From Hydrolagus colliei (lineage: Eukaryota): a stretch of 64,000 nucleotides of DNA. The notes beneath the pieces were generated by a model. That model ran no database searches. It saw only the letters and a list, made by a program, of their open reading frames with translations, and was not told where the DNA came from. The number at the start of each line of letters is the position of its first letter. Position 1 is the first letter of the stretch. This document shows, in pieces, positions 49,901-61,744 of the stretch. The position numbers were made by a program, and so were the translations under genes. Location: contig CM068760.1 of NCBI GenBank assembly GCA_035084275.1, positions 5,084,001-5,148,000 on the forward strand, read 5' to 3'.

Positions 49901-52900
49901 ATGACTTTGAAACTCTTTTTCCTGGCAACAGGTACGTAAATATTGGCTCGCTGGCATTCAGCAGAGATTCGCAGTTCCTGTCTGCATCCAGCAACACTGA
50001 GACGATTCACATCTTCAGACTCGAAGAGCCCAGTCAAAGGTAACCATCATCCTGACCCTCGCATTTGATACAGGGACCTTTCATCTCAAAGGCTCATTGG
50101 ATTCACTGTGAAGGGTGATGACTGTCTATTTGTAGGCCAGTGTGCCAGACAGTTATGCACACAGCAGATGCCTCACCAACGGCCCATGAGGTGACTGATG
50201 AGTTTTATCAAAGACCTTCCTGTTTGACCATGCCTTCGGCCACCCTCTTGTGCCCCCGTCCTCCACCCACTTCTTGATCCCAACTCCCAATTTTGGTGCA
50301 AACCTTTGACGTCCAGAGGCTTGAGACGTTCTTTCGACGTGAAAGGCATTATATATAAATGCGCTTTGTTGTCGCTGTTGATTGTTGGCCAGGAATGTTG
50401 GGAGGCATGGAAAAACCATTTCGGAATCCGTTTCCTGACCAGAGTTCACGGCCTGACTGCTTTTGAGACGAAAGGAGTCTGTGAGGGCTGGGAAATAATG
50501 GGATATTGCAGGAATAACGCAAGTATCAAATAGCCTTCAACAAATAAATAAATCAACCAACTTTTAGCAAGACATCTGCTCGCTTCGAGCTATTTAGAGA
50601 ACTGAGCAAAATAATCGTTTTCGGCAAGTAAAAATAATCAAGCTATTTAGAGACTTAAGTAAAATATATCAAAACCCCCTTCTCCCCCCCACCCTCCCCC
50701 CATCCCCACCTCCTAATCTCACTCTCATTCTGCAATGTTCTCACTCTTCTTCAGAGTCAAAAGTCTAAAGCTGGCACAAAAAAACGTCGGCCGAACTTTG
50801 CTGCAATACATTTTGTTTACCACTAGGTGACACCAAAAGCCCCTGGCTTGATGTCCAAAGTCCAGTCTCAGCAACAGGTACCATTAGCGTTCAGTTAGGG
50901 CACGGTTTTTAGCTAAATTACTGTGGAACGTCACTCGAACTGTCAACGTGACACGTGATCCGATCGTCTGAAGGAAAAAGGAAAAGAAAAATGGTTTTGG
51001 CCTGGCTCAGTTTCACAGCACGTTCAGCTCTTGAATCAAGAAGGTTGTGGGTTCACCCGAGTCGAAACCGATACGTTCCAAGTGCACTAAAAGCCCATTT
51101 ACCCGGCACCCTCGGGATCTGGCCAATGCCGGTTAAAGCGCGTGCCAGATATTCGGCCGAGAACACAAAATAAATAATACTACATTGTGCCAGATAAATT
51201 CCGGTTAATCGAATGGGGACCGTTTTTTTTTCGCAGTACCGGTTATACGGAAGTTATGGTTGATTGGGTCATGGATAAATGGGCTTTTAGTGTACAGTGT
51301 TGGGTGTTCTGCCTTGTGGGAGTTGCCAGAGTTTCAGATGAGATGTTGAAATGAGTTCCCCTCTGTGAGCTCTGTGCCCGTCAAAAGAAAGCCGTTAAAC
51401 ATCACCCAACCATTCGAAAAGGGAAGGGCAGTTTCTCTGGTATTCTTGCGCGGGATCGCTGAACGTCGTTTCGCTTAAAGTCGCGCTTTTCGAGAACACA
51501 ACTGAGAGGACCAAATGTAGACCAATTGGTGCGCGGTAAATCCCGTGAAGGGACGTGACGTGACGAGACGCTGTATCAAATGCAAAGATTCTTATGAAAA
51601 TGACAGCTCGGTGTATGTGAGGCAATGATGTGATTCGTTCCAACCAAGAGGATCTGAATTAATTGTCATCAGGCTCCCGGAGGAGTCCCCGACATGGAGT
51701 GGCTACATGGGGAAGATGTTCATGGCGGCCACCAACTACCTCCCCACCCAGGTGTCGGGTATGATGAGCCAGGACCGAGCCTTCGCCACGGTGAGGCTCA
51801 ACTTTTCGGGGCACAGAAGCATCTGCATGCTGGCGACGTAAGTAGAAATTCATTGGAAGGGTTTGGGATGGAACCACGAAGCCCAACGCCACCTGAAAGT
51901 CCACAAAATGTGCAGTCGGTTCACTTTACGGTGTATATTCTGTGAAGCGCTTTGAGACGTTCTAGAAGACGTGAAAAGTAGCCATATCAACTGGAAGGAT
52001 TGTTATTATGAAGTCATTTGGTCCATCGTATCTGCGCTGGCTCCTTTCAGGCCCAATTACCTGCCTATCGCCCAGGGAGTGGTAAAGCCGACCGAATCGC
52101 CCGGTTTCAAAGATGATTTGGTTTTATTATTTCGTTGCCAGTGCGAAATAGCCCAGTTAGTGATGGAGCAATGATTGCGTAACCATAACATAACACAAAT
52201 AATTTAGAGAGAAAATGGCAGTGATGCTAACATGACCCTACTTTCTCAGCACCAATTTTAGGCCAAGGATTAACGAGAGCAATTAACTGTTTAGATGCCA
52301 GGCCACATTTCGAGTCCGGAGCGCTGATATCAGGTTACGTACGGTCTGTATTAGTCTGATATTAAACAGCATGTTAATTCAGTGCTAATTAGTGGTTTGC
52401 TCTGTTGCCTAGGATTCAGAAGTTACCTCGGCTTCTAGTTGCCGCGTCCGACGGATTCCTCTACATGTATAATCTGGACCCTCAGGATGGTGGGGAGTGT
52501 GTGCTGGTAAAGAAACACAGGTGTGTGCATGTGTGCGCGCGTAAACCCATGGTAATGCTTAGCGCGCTCGTCTCGCAGGCGGGTTCGATTCCCAGGTTGG
52601 GTGAAACCTTTCGCCCACAAATATACAGTCAATTTTCCCACTCTTCTTCATCCTGCCCCAATCCCTTCCCCCCCTGCTCTTGTACCTTACTGTACAGCGT
52701 CTTGGGAGATCCTCTCGACGTGAAAGGCGCTATATAAATGTAAGTTTTGATTGATCGATCGATCGATTGATTAAGGCACGTTTCTTGACTCCACAGGCCT
52801 CTGTTTACTTGGCAGACAGTAGGAATCTAATCTCGTTCCGGGGGGTGGGGGGGGGAGAGTGGGGGGTTGGGGGTAGTAATTAATCCACCTTCCCCTGCCT

Positions 52901-54598
52901 CCCTCCCCCCGCCTCACTCACTCACACTCAGAAATGTGGTCATTCGATCCATGACTGGTTTGTGGCACAAGCTCCCAGCACAATTGCCTGCCGTGTTTGG
53001 TTCCAGAAAATACACAAATCAGTCCACATGACCATATATTTTCTGTTAAACGCCAGTCACGCAAGCCTCTTAAAAAGGGAAGCTCGTCATCTCAGACACG
53101 GATACACAATGTTCCAAAAATATTGTTGCTGCACAGATTGTCACAAGGTGGAAAAGCCGCCGCATTGGAAATTCCTTTTTTTGGCTTTTTCGTGGATTTT
53201 TTTTTTGTGTGGCAGAACTGGGCCAGTTTCCAGCTGGCCTCTGTTGTCCACGTCACTTACAGATGCTGGACAGGCTTCAAATCTGACGAGTCTTAAGACT
53301 TTTCTTGGGTGGGGGGGAAAAAAATGATTTGTCAAGAGCGCCATAAAGCTATGCTGTCTGCTGGAGATCAGGGGGAATGTATATTGTGGAGCTCCAGTAG
53401 CTCAGTGGTTAGAGCGCTCGCCTTACAAACGTGAGATCTGTGTTCAAATCCAGGCAGGTCAGGGCGAAACCTTGGGAAAGTTTACTTACTCCACACACAC
53501 GCCTAACAATAATCCCTCCAAAAAAAACACAATAATAAAATTGGTCAGTTCAATCCAGCTGTGCGCAATTGCCTGCCGCGTTTCGCTCACAAATATACAG
53601 TCAATTAACTTTACATTACAGTACATTCTGTGAAACGCTTTGAGACATCTAAAAGACGTGAAAAGCGTTACACCAAATGCAAGGATTATTATTACACTAT
53701 TATTAATATCAAAGAACTCGATGTATGAGGAATTGAAGATATGAAGCTGGCGTTTGGGGATCCTGCTGCATTAGAACACCTCACAAGCGACGCAGTGTTA
53801 ATTCAAACTGCCCCACGTTTTCTTCATTGCATTCGTTCGTTCATTCTTCCATTTGATGGTTTAGGTTGCACAACAACGAAGACGATGGGAGGGACACTAC
53901 AGAACTCGACTCGGAGCCTCCCGTCTCACCGTCCTACGCGGAAACCGTTGCCAAAGTCAGCTCTGTGCCTTCATCGTCATCATCATCGACACCAGGTGAC
54001 TGCAGTGAACCCATGATAACTCGTCACTCCCGAGGGCAAGGCGTCCATTCAGTGACGACTTACTCCGGAGTGGCGAATTAGGCTTATGTGTAAACACTTC
54101 ATTAAATGTATTATTTGCTCACTTCATCCACGATTGTTTGCGGGACACCACTGTGTAAACTTGGCTGACACGTTTCGCCCACAAAAGATACAGTCACTCC
54201 ACTTTACACTATATTCGCCCACAAATTCACTTTACGGTATATTCTGTGAAGCGCTGTGAGATGTCTAGAAGAGGTGAAAAGCGCTATATCAAAGGCAAGC
54301 ATTATTATTATTAATTATATTCTTTGAAGCGCTTTGAGACATCTCGAAGACGCGATAAGACGCTATTTTAAATGCAAGGATTACCATTATCGTTATTAGT
54401 TTTAAGCGTGGCCGAGACAATGATAGCTTGATGACTTTGTGGCAAGCAAATTATTCTTTTGACTTGCTGTTTCCAGGGTACTCCGAGGACGGCGGGGCTT
54501 TGCGAGGAGAGATTATCCCGGAACATGAATTTGCTACTGGACCACTACAACTGGACGACGAGACAGAATTCCCTCCCGTGAGCATAAAGAATAACTAG
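37873..54598 (+). CDS. WIPI1: WD repeat domain phosphoinositide-interacting protein 1 (Atg18/PROPPIN), join(37873..37946,40979..41061,44810..44979,45475..45571,47208..47305,48731..48823,49483..49553,49932..50039,51673..51837,52413..52520,53865..53995,54477..54598), 439 aa
   Basis: Translation includes [50 protein letters not shown]...[11 protein letters not shown] (FRRG phosphoinositide motif), [22 protein letters not shown] and [23 protein letters not shown], which are WIPI1-specific. All introns are GT-AG, 1320 nt in frame, and the gene is convergent with ARSG as in human. Confidence 0.96.
38112..38222. repeat. (CACT/CTC)-rich low-complexity pyrimidine tract in WIPI1 intron 1
   Basis: tcactcactcctct repeated imperfectly. 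Confidence 0.8.
39500..39970 (-). mobile_element. L2 LINE 3' fragment(s)
   Basis: The minus-strand frame has PKLWNSL..., and a nearby frame has [10 protein letters not shown], typical of the L2 ORF2 C-terminus, followed by (TTG)n-type tails. Confidence 0.75.
40979..41061 (+). CDS. WIPI1: WIPI1 exon 2
   Basis: [27 protein letters not shown]. Confidence 0.92.
42342..42650 (-). mobile_element. SINE in WIPI1 intron 2
   Basis: Reverse-complement copy. Confidence 0.9.
43307..43588 (+). mobile_element. SINE in WIPI1 intron 2
   Basis: Head and core, tail truncated. Confidence 0.9.
44436..44732 (-). mobile_element. SINE in WIPI1 intron 2, ~75 nt upstream of exon 3
   Basis: Reverse-complement copy. 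Confidence 0.9.
44810..44979 (+). CDS. WIPI1: WIPI1 exon 3
   Basis: [56 protein letters not shown]. Confidence 0.95.
45475..45571 (+). CDS. WIPI1: WIPI1 exon 4
   Basis: [32 protein letters not shown]. Confidence 0.95.
47208..47305 (+). CDS. WIPI1: WIPI1 exon 5
   Basis: [33 protein letters not shown]. Confidence 0.95.
47586..47912 (+). mobile_element. SINE full length in WIPI1 intron 5
   Basis: Head to tail. Confidence 0.9.
48311..48629 (+). mobile_element. SINE full length in WIPI1 intron 5
   Basis: Head to tail. Confidence 0.9.
48731..48823 (+). CDS. WIPI1: WIPI1 exon 6
   Basis: [31 protein letters not shown]. Confidence 0.95.
48840..49415 (+). mobile_element. L2 3' fragment followed by SINE 3' half in WIPI1 intron 6
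   Basis: ...gagttcagctgc...ccttcaaaactcatctgcgaaac is L2-like, followed by the SINE core and tail from 49232. Confidence 0.65.
49483..49553 (+). CDS. WIPI1: WIPI1 exon 7 (FRRG motif)
   Basis: [24 protein letters not shown]. Confidence 0.96.
49932..50039 (+). CDS. WIPI1: WIPI1 exon 8
   Basis: [35 protein letters not shown]. Confidence 0.95.
51085..51292. mobile_element. Short MITE of the same Tigger-type family as 18370-18866, inserted into an older Deu-SINE
   Basis: TIR CACTAAAAGCCCATTTA...TAAATGGGCTTTTAGTG with TA on the right and TG on the left. The subterminal ccggcaccctcgggatctggcc matches the end of the 18.4-kb element. Confidence 0.8.
51673..51837 (+). CDS. WIPI1: WIPI1 exon 9
   Basis: [55 protein letters not shown]. 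Confidence 0.95.
52413..52520 (+). CDS. WIPI1: WIPI1 exon 10
   Basis: [36 protein letters not shown]. Confidence 0.95.
53383..53695 (+). mobile_element. SINE in WIPI1 intron 10
   Basis: Head to tail. Confidence 0.9.
53865..53995 (+). CDS. WIPI1: WIPI1 exon 11
   Basis: [43 protein letters not shown]. Confidence 0.88.
54477..54598 (+). CDS. WIPI1: WIPI1 exon 12 (read-through form ending VSIKNN*; internal donor after 54577)
   Basis: [34 protein letters not shown]|gtgagc. Confidence 0.92.
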
Positions 54599-57500
54599 AG
54601 CCTGAGCCCGGCCTTAGGCATTCGCAACGGAGGTCAGCGAGTGGTAATGTGGGAAACTCGGAAGAAAATTCTTCACCTCTGTTGCACAGGGAAAATTTGA
54701 CCTGGCACCTCATTTTTAATTAAGCCTTTTAAGGAACACAGTAGTTTTACTGCCGTGCCTGACCAAAGACAGTGTCGAGATTCAAAAAGAGTTTTGTTTT
54801 AACAGATACGCGTATATTCTCACCCCCAAACTCCCCGCCCGCCACCCCCACCCCTTTCTGCCGTTGAGTGATATTATTGTCAGACAGATGGCCGTAATGT
54901 GAATTTTGTTCTGTCAAATCGCTAGGTTTTCAACCACTTCGGGCAGCACACTTCAGGCGCACACCAAGCAGCAGATTTTGTTGGATCAGAGGCTAGATTC
55001 TCCACCTGATCATCGCCTGCGAGACGGGCGTTGTCTTTGAGTTCTAAGGCTGGCCCCGGGGGCAAGGCGGAAATTTTTTCTTTCGAATCGTAAAATCAGT
55101 CCAGAAATTTGGAAACTGCTTCTCTTTTCAAGATCGGCCAGAAAAGAGCAGTTTCCAAACTAAGACTGAACTTGAGAATTTTCCACCCCTTTGGGCACCT
55201 TTAACGATTCAGACAAAAAGGTCTCGCAGATTAAGGCTGGAATTTACGCTGTTAAACACTGTGTTAACAGAGTAAACCTGGACCCGGGCCTGTATGTCAG
55301 GCTATTATGCTATACATGTTGAGACAGCCTTCTGCTGGCGTCTTAATTTCCTAACTTGAACCCTGGCCATATTATCAATTTTGATAATGGTTTTACAGCC
55401 CACTGACAAGATGCAGAAGTGTTAAGTGAGACACGGTGGCGATATGCTAGGTCAATCCGAACAATAGTCTACGAGTGATTGCAGTCACAGTCAAGAAACG
55501 AGCTGAAAGTTCCCATGTTAAATACCATCCGCTCGCTGTATATTTTACCGCGCGTCTCAACCTCAGCACCTTCAGTGCATTCTCGTGTCACAACGGCTTC
55601 CAAAAGTGCACTTCGCAAACGAGTACAAGTCAACAGTTGGCTTGGAAAACAGCCAACCTTAAAGTGAACTTAACACGGTCCCAATCGGGTCCGGTGAGCC
55701 TCAAGGATTTGCTTTCGGGGGTTGGTGGGGGGAGTTAGAAGATCGCTGCCTTTGTACCACTTTTGCAAAAAACGTGTGAAGTTAGGGAGAGAATTGTTCT
55801 TAATACGTGTGCCATTTGGGCTGCCACGGTACAGTACCCGTCACTGACAACCCTGATATACAACCGTAGTGAGCCAGAGACGACACTACACATTGGTGAA
55901 AGAAAGGTAGCCAAAAACCACTACAGGCGTCAGCGTAAATACAAATTATAAGTGTTGCCTTCTGTTCGACGCCACCCAGCTCCCTCAAACATGAAACGCA
56001 CAGGAGTCAATTCAGTCCTGCAGGACGAATAGGAAAATCATTGCAATGTGAACTTTTTAATGCAGCCTCACCTCGTTCAGAAGGAGAAAAAGATTCCAAA
56101 TGGAAACGGGGGACGGCTTTACGTCCAAACACTTGTTCACCACTTCTCCAGCCCGGTATCGCACAACCTCAGTGGTCCCCGACACGCGAGAGCCTACGGC
56201 TAAAAACAGGGCGAAGGAGCGGAGGCTGGCAATCCATCTTCAGGCCAGGCCAGTCTCACAGTTTCCAACCCCCCCCCCCTCTATTTTGTCATTGGACAAC
56301 TTAGCTATATTCTCAACTCTTTACACCCCCCCCCCCCCCCCACCCCTTGCCCACCCCCTCCCAGAAGCCAGGACCAGTGGAAGAGGCGACTTGGGGTTGA
56401 CGATTATGCCACATAATAAGGGGGAGACGAGAGGATCCATAATGCCCATGGCTTCATTCCAATGCCACTTTAATGCAGCAAAATACCCGACACGAGCTAC
56501 GCAATAGCTTTCATCTGAAATCTTATTCCCCCTCAATAAACACTAACACTGTACTTACCTGTAAGTTACTGACAAAATGAAAACTCCTGCCTGTTCTCAA
56601 TTGGCTGCATGGATTTAAGATTGCCACAAAGGGAGTGGGGGTGGTGGTGGGGAGAGGGAGGTGTCAGGAAAAGTTTCTTTACACGCCGAGTGTAGATGTC
56701 ACTTGTTGAGACAGAGTGTGTAAAAAAATATTGTAACAAAAGGGAACGTTAAAAGGTACGGAGAGGGTTACATCTTGCGGCTGGTGTGTGAATAAAAACC
56801 AAAGGCTGACCTGATGATAATAATAATCACCATCCTTGCATTTGATGGGTGGAATAGCCCATTTCTGCTTAAATATTTTTGGATGTGCCAATGGATTCAT
56901 TTCAGTGCCACTGTGAGTGTAGCCTGCCTGGTTAGAGCACTCGCCTCTCCAGCGAGAGAACCCAGGTTCGATTCCCAGGCGGGGTGGTTAGGGGGGTGGG
57001 GAGAAAACCTTAAGCAGGTTTCCTGACTCCACACGCCTCTGTTTACCTAGCACTAAGTAGGAACCCGGCTGTTAGTAGATTGGCGGATTGGTTTCTGGGG
57101 GTAATCCCTCTGCCGAAAAAAAAAGTCAATCAATCCACGACTGTTTTGTGAGTCACTGCTTGTGCAGTTGGCTACTTGCTTCACCCACAAAGTATATCGA
57201 ATTCACTTTACAGTATATTCTGTGAAGCGTTTTGAGGCATCTCAAAGCTGTGACCAAATGCTTTTCCCCCCACAAACTGGGGACTATTATAGGAGCATGG
57301 ACACTGGCAATTGGGGTGCTGGGGCGTGAACCAAATGGCAATGTGATTTGCACAGATAAGGATTTCCGCAACTGATTTCCCACAAAGCAGCAACGACAAC
57401 AGAATTATACTTGCATTAGCGCCTCTCACGTCGGGAGGACGTCCCAAGGCGCGTCAGTCGTAAACCAAGGGGCAGGGAGTGTGGCGCGCCCGGCAGATTG

Positions 57501-57680
57501 GTATTATGTGTAAATATGTACGGCAGTTACAAACACACCCCACAACCACACCCCGGTTCAAGAACTTAAGGCTTTGTTTTGATTTTGGTAGATTTATTCA
57601 TGCCGGGAAAGCCATCCTGAAAAGAAGAAGAAACTTTGAATCAAAGAGCAGGGGCTAATTCCATCCGCGGACAGAGACAG

Positions 57681-57685
<5 letters not shown>

Positions 57686-57711
<26 letters not shown>
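57686..57711. repeat. (GA)n microsatellite
   Basis: Direct reading. Confidence 0.9.
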
Positions 57712-57712
<1 letters not shown>

Positions 57713-57929
57713 GTAGTGTACATCATTGGGAAGACAGAAGAGCCTGAAATCAGCATGTGTGAGACGGAATCACGCCAATGGCACAAAATTGAGACTTACC
57801 CTCTCCTCCCCCTACCCCCTGTCCCTCCTCCCCCCCCCCGCCCCACCCCTCCGCCTCAAAATAATCAATCGACATCATTTCGCTCACATTTTATATACCC
57901 ACCACATTCTATACATGTCTTTTTTTCAG

Positions 57930-57971
57930 GGAACAACAACAAATGGGTGTGTTATAAGGAAATGCACATAA
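57930..57971 (+). CDS. WIPI1: Candidate alternative terminal exon 13 of WIPI1 (GTTTNGCVIRKCT*)
   Basis: Strong acceptor catgtctttttttcag, phase-0 compatible with the donor at 54577/54578, followed by AU-rich UTR-like sequence and AATAAA at 58399. Confidence 0.5.
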   Translation, partial: GTTTNGCVIRKCT

Positions 57972-58398
57972 CTGATTGCCCTAAAAGTTATTAGTACATG
58001 ACAACAAGTAATGTGGCCATTTGTTTGTCAGATGTATTCAGCCCTGTTATTTTTAAAAGGTTGTATAATACAGAAGCTTGATTTCGGAAGTGTTGCGTTA
58101 ACCTACATTTTACTGTGTATATATACCTCGCCATATATAAAGGTACAAATCTATTCAACGTGTAATCTATTGTAAGGTCAAAAACCCCAGTCATGCTTGC
58201 TGCATTTAAGTGCCTGTCTGAAGTATTTTAACGGATTCTAGAGTATTTTGCAATCGGTTTGCACAGAAATGTACTGTTAAGCAATTAATGTAGCACTAGC
58301 ATTAAAATATTTGCAATAGCCATCGCTGCGTCTCCCTCGTCATTCAGTTCCTGAAGTGCAACAAATGTTCTGTGCACAGCTACATTTCGGACGCCACA

Positions 58399-58404
58399 AA
58401 TAAA
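58399..58404 (+). terminator. Candidate distal WIPI1 poly(A) signal
   Basis: AATAAA at the end of a non-repetitive, UTR-like block (57972-58410). Confidence 0.45.
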
Positions 58405-58619
58405 AGGAAAAATGCGTTCCCTTTTATGGTCGAGAGCACATTTTCAGAACGACCCCCTGCCACCCCCACGATCTAAATCAGTCACGCATTTGGCACCTGT
58501 TCACAGTGCACAAATCATCTTCGCGATATTTTTATGCCATGACAAGGAGCTACATCAAATGCAAAGAATATTTTTATATATATGTGTACTGTGTATGTGT
58601 ATATATATATATATATATA

Positions 58620-58765
58620 TTGTGGAGCTCCTGTAGCTCAGTGGTTAGAGCACTCGCCATACAAGCATGAGACCTATGTTCGAATCCAGGCAGGTCAGGC
58701 CGAAACCTTGGGCAAGTGTCCTCACTTCACACACGCGTCTAATAATAATCCATCCAAAAAATAAA
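58620..58765 (+). mobile_element. SINE 5' half
   Basis: Intact A/B box head. Confidence 0.85.
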
Positions 58766-60049
58766 CACGAATGGAACTAAATGGAGAACTCTGGAGGGTG
58801 GAGGCAGCAAAGACCCAGTGGGCCAAAAGGCTTCCTTCTGTGCTGTACTGTTTGATGGCTCCATGGGTGTAAAATTCATTCTGTGCACAGTTGGCTGCCA
58901 CATTTCACTCGCAAAATACACAGTTCGTTTCACTTCACCGCGAACCGCCTTGAGACGTGATAAGGCACTTTATCAAACGCAAGGATTGTTATTAACATGG
59001 ATTCTATTATTCTAAACACGGCCAACTCAGCCACTCAGCTCTATTGAGGTCTTGTCTCGTGTTGAACTCGGCTCCTGAACCTCGGGATTATCATATGACC
59101 GCACAGGATGTCGGAAGTGTTTTTGTTTTCTTCAATCTGAGGCATGATCCATTTAGTCATTTCTAGCCTCTCTGCGCTCTCTTTTGTAGAGGAACGTTTC
59201 TATGTCGTTCGGATCAAAACGCGGAACATTTAATAAAGAAACCTGTGTGGAGACCACATACAAGGGAAGTCAATCGCGCACAGTCATTTCCTGCTTGAAG
59301 GCTCTGGCTGTTTTAGTAGCAGTTTTGCAATCTCAGCCTGCCTGCCTGCACACATACAGGTCAGCCCGACCAGCTTTGTCACCCACTGGCACAAAGTCTC
59401 TACAGTACTAAGCCTTTGCTCCCCCTTGGCTCCAATCCAGATGATCTCAACAACATAATAAAGCCTCTGCAAGGGACAAAGTTGGGGAATTATATTTTAT
59501 CACGTGAAACTGGGAAACTGCTGTGCAACACTGCAGTTGGTAGGGTTGGGTTCCCCTGATGGCTTAAATATCATCAAACCTTTCCACCCACTACCCATTG
59601 TTCACAGCCAGGGACAATATCTTGTTGATGGGACAACACAGAACGCCCAGGGGACGTGCTTTGAGGTGTAATATTCTCTTTATCTCTCTTTTCGTTTCTA
59701 GCTTGTCTTTCAATGACTGAGAGTCGTGTTCCCAACCGTGTAAAACAAGAAATGTTTCCGAGATGAGAGAATGGAATCGATTCCCTTTTGAAAAGGCGCT
59801 TGAGATCCCAGACAAAGAGCTGGGCTGTGACAACGCAGTGACCCCAGCGAGCATCGGCTGGTAGAGCAGGAAGCGACAGAGACTATAACAGCAGAGAGAA
59901 CTCTTGAGACCTTCAGCGGGAACCAATGAGGAAGTGACACCATGCGAACAGTTATCATACTTTTACTGTCATAGCCCGCCTCTTAACAACGCGGTTATAT
60001 ATCCAGGAAAGAGCAAAGTTCAGTGTCAGTGTACTGTACAAACACACAA

Positions 60050-60582
60050 AATACAGCCGATGCTGTAAATCTGAAACAAAAAAAAACAGAAATGGCTGGG
60101 AACACTCAGCAGGTCAGGCAGCATAATAAAATAATAATAATCCTCAAATTTGATACAGCGCTTTTCACATCTTCTAGACGTCTCAAAGCGCTTCACAGGA
60201 TATACTGTAAAAGGGAATTGACTGTATATTTGTGGGCGAAACGCGGCAGCCAATTGCGCACTGCAGTGTCCGTCCCACAAACCGTCATGGATTGAAATTA
60301 CCAATTTCATTCTTGTGGTTTTTTTGGACGGATTATTATTAGGCGTGCAGAGTAAGGAAACTTGCCCAAGGTTTCGCCCTGACCTGCCTGGATTCGAACA
60401 CAGGTCTCACGCTTGTAAGGCGTAGGTGCTCTAACCACTGAGCTACAGGAGCTCCACAATCTGAGTCAACGTTTTGCGTCCACGACACTTCGTCAGAATG
60501 GGTCTAAGAAAGGGTCGTGGACTCATTTTTCCACTCTCCATAGGTGCTGCCTGACATGCTGAGTGTTCCCAGCCATTTCTGT
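60050..60582. mobile_element. Palindromic Penelope-associated element interrupted by a SINE
   Basis: 38-bp inverted arms 60086-60123 and 60545-60582 (1 mismatch), with a related half copy at 39080-39198. Confidence 0.7.
60125..60459 (-). mobile_element. SINE full length
   Basis: Reverse-complement copy. Confidence 0.92.
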
Positions 60583-61424
60583 CAGTATGCTGTATATCGC
60601 TTTAGAACCTGTCATTCAATTTAGCTCATAAAATAATCATAGCTGCCAGTTTCCTCCAGTCCATCCTCTATGAAACGAGTTTAGGCAGCTTTGTCCCAGT
60701 CTCTGCAAGGTTTTTGACTCGTATCACAATCTAATCTCGTTCAGACGGACACAGGATTGCCGAGGATGGGATTCCCACTGTGGACTTATCAAGGATTGCG
60801 CTGTAAAGCTTATCGCCTCAGTGGTTCTCTGTGGGCTCCGTTAATTAAAAAAACCAGCGATTCAATCTCCGTAATTACAACAGGTTTGGAGTCAGACCAG
60901 AACTGTGGCTCTTGTGTGAGAAAGTACTCAATACTGGAGCGTAAATATCACCCACGCAAGGGGCCTGAGCTCAGCAAGACATTCGTGGGGGGGGGGGGGG
61001 GGAGGGAGTGGGGGGGGGGGGGGGAAACTCGTCCACACCAAGAATGACCGAGTTTGTGACAGGAGTAGTCAGGGTTAAGTAGCCTGAGGTATGTTGCTGA
61101 ACCCAGCCGTAATAATCCCAGTTCAGCGCCTTAACATGTGGGAAATAAGACTGTCTCGTTAATAGTCAACGAGGCACCGCTTTCGGCGGCAGAGTGAGTT
61201 GGGAGTAGGGAAAGAGATTTCAACTTCCCACTCCGATCGTTACGAACTGTAGTCCACATTACAACAAAATGCAACAGCAAAATTACACGTGTATAGCGTC
61301 ATTCACGTCAGGAGGGCGTCACGAGGCGCTGAAATAGTCGATGATTTCCAGACTTATCTCGCGCGCTCTTGTTATTTGTTTTGTTTCAGCAGAGGTTCCT
61401 TCACGGGGCGTTGAAATTTCGCGC

Positions 61425-61744
61425 TCACTCCCCTCTCATTTCGCTGAACCCCCACCATCCCTCGTGTACCCGGCCCCCCTCACACCTGCACACCACGTGC
61501 TTCGGTTGGCAACACAAGATGGCGGACGGATCGTGGGAATAGTCCGCCGAGGAAGTGTTATCGGTGGAGATGTCCCGGAGGAGGTCGCTCAGTGCCACCT
61601 CGACCTGCGGAGCCACAGCCAGGAACTCCGGGCTCCTGGGATCCAGAGGCTGGAGCTCAGCGACGTCGCGGGACAGATCGAAAATCAGGGGCGGCTCGTG
61701 TCTCCGTTCGGGCCCCGTTCCCCCTCTGCAGGCTTGGGCTCCAC
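61425..61744 (-). CDS. ARSG: ARSG last exon
   Basis: ttgttgtag|GT GGA GCC CAA GCC TGC ... GGG GAG TGA on the minus strand. Confidence 0.9.

Noticed and set aside
59900-60010. Promoter-like cluster (CCAAT, GGAAGT, GC box, TATATA) between WIPI1 and ARSG 3' ends
   Set aside because: The motifs are short and could occur by chance, with no associated exon or ORF identified.
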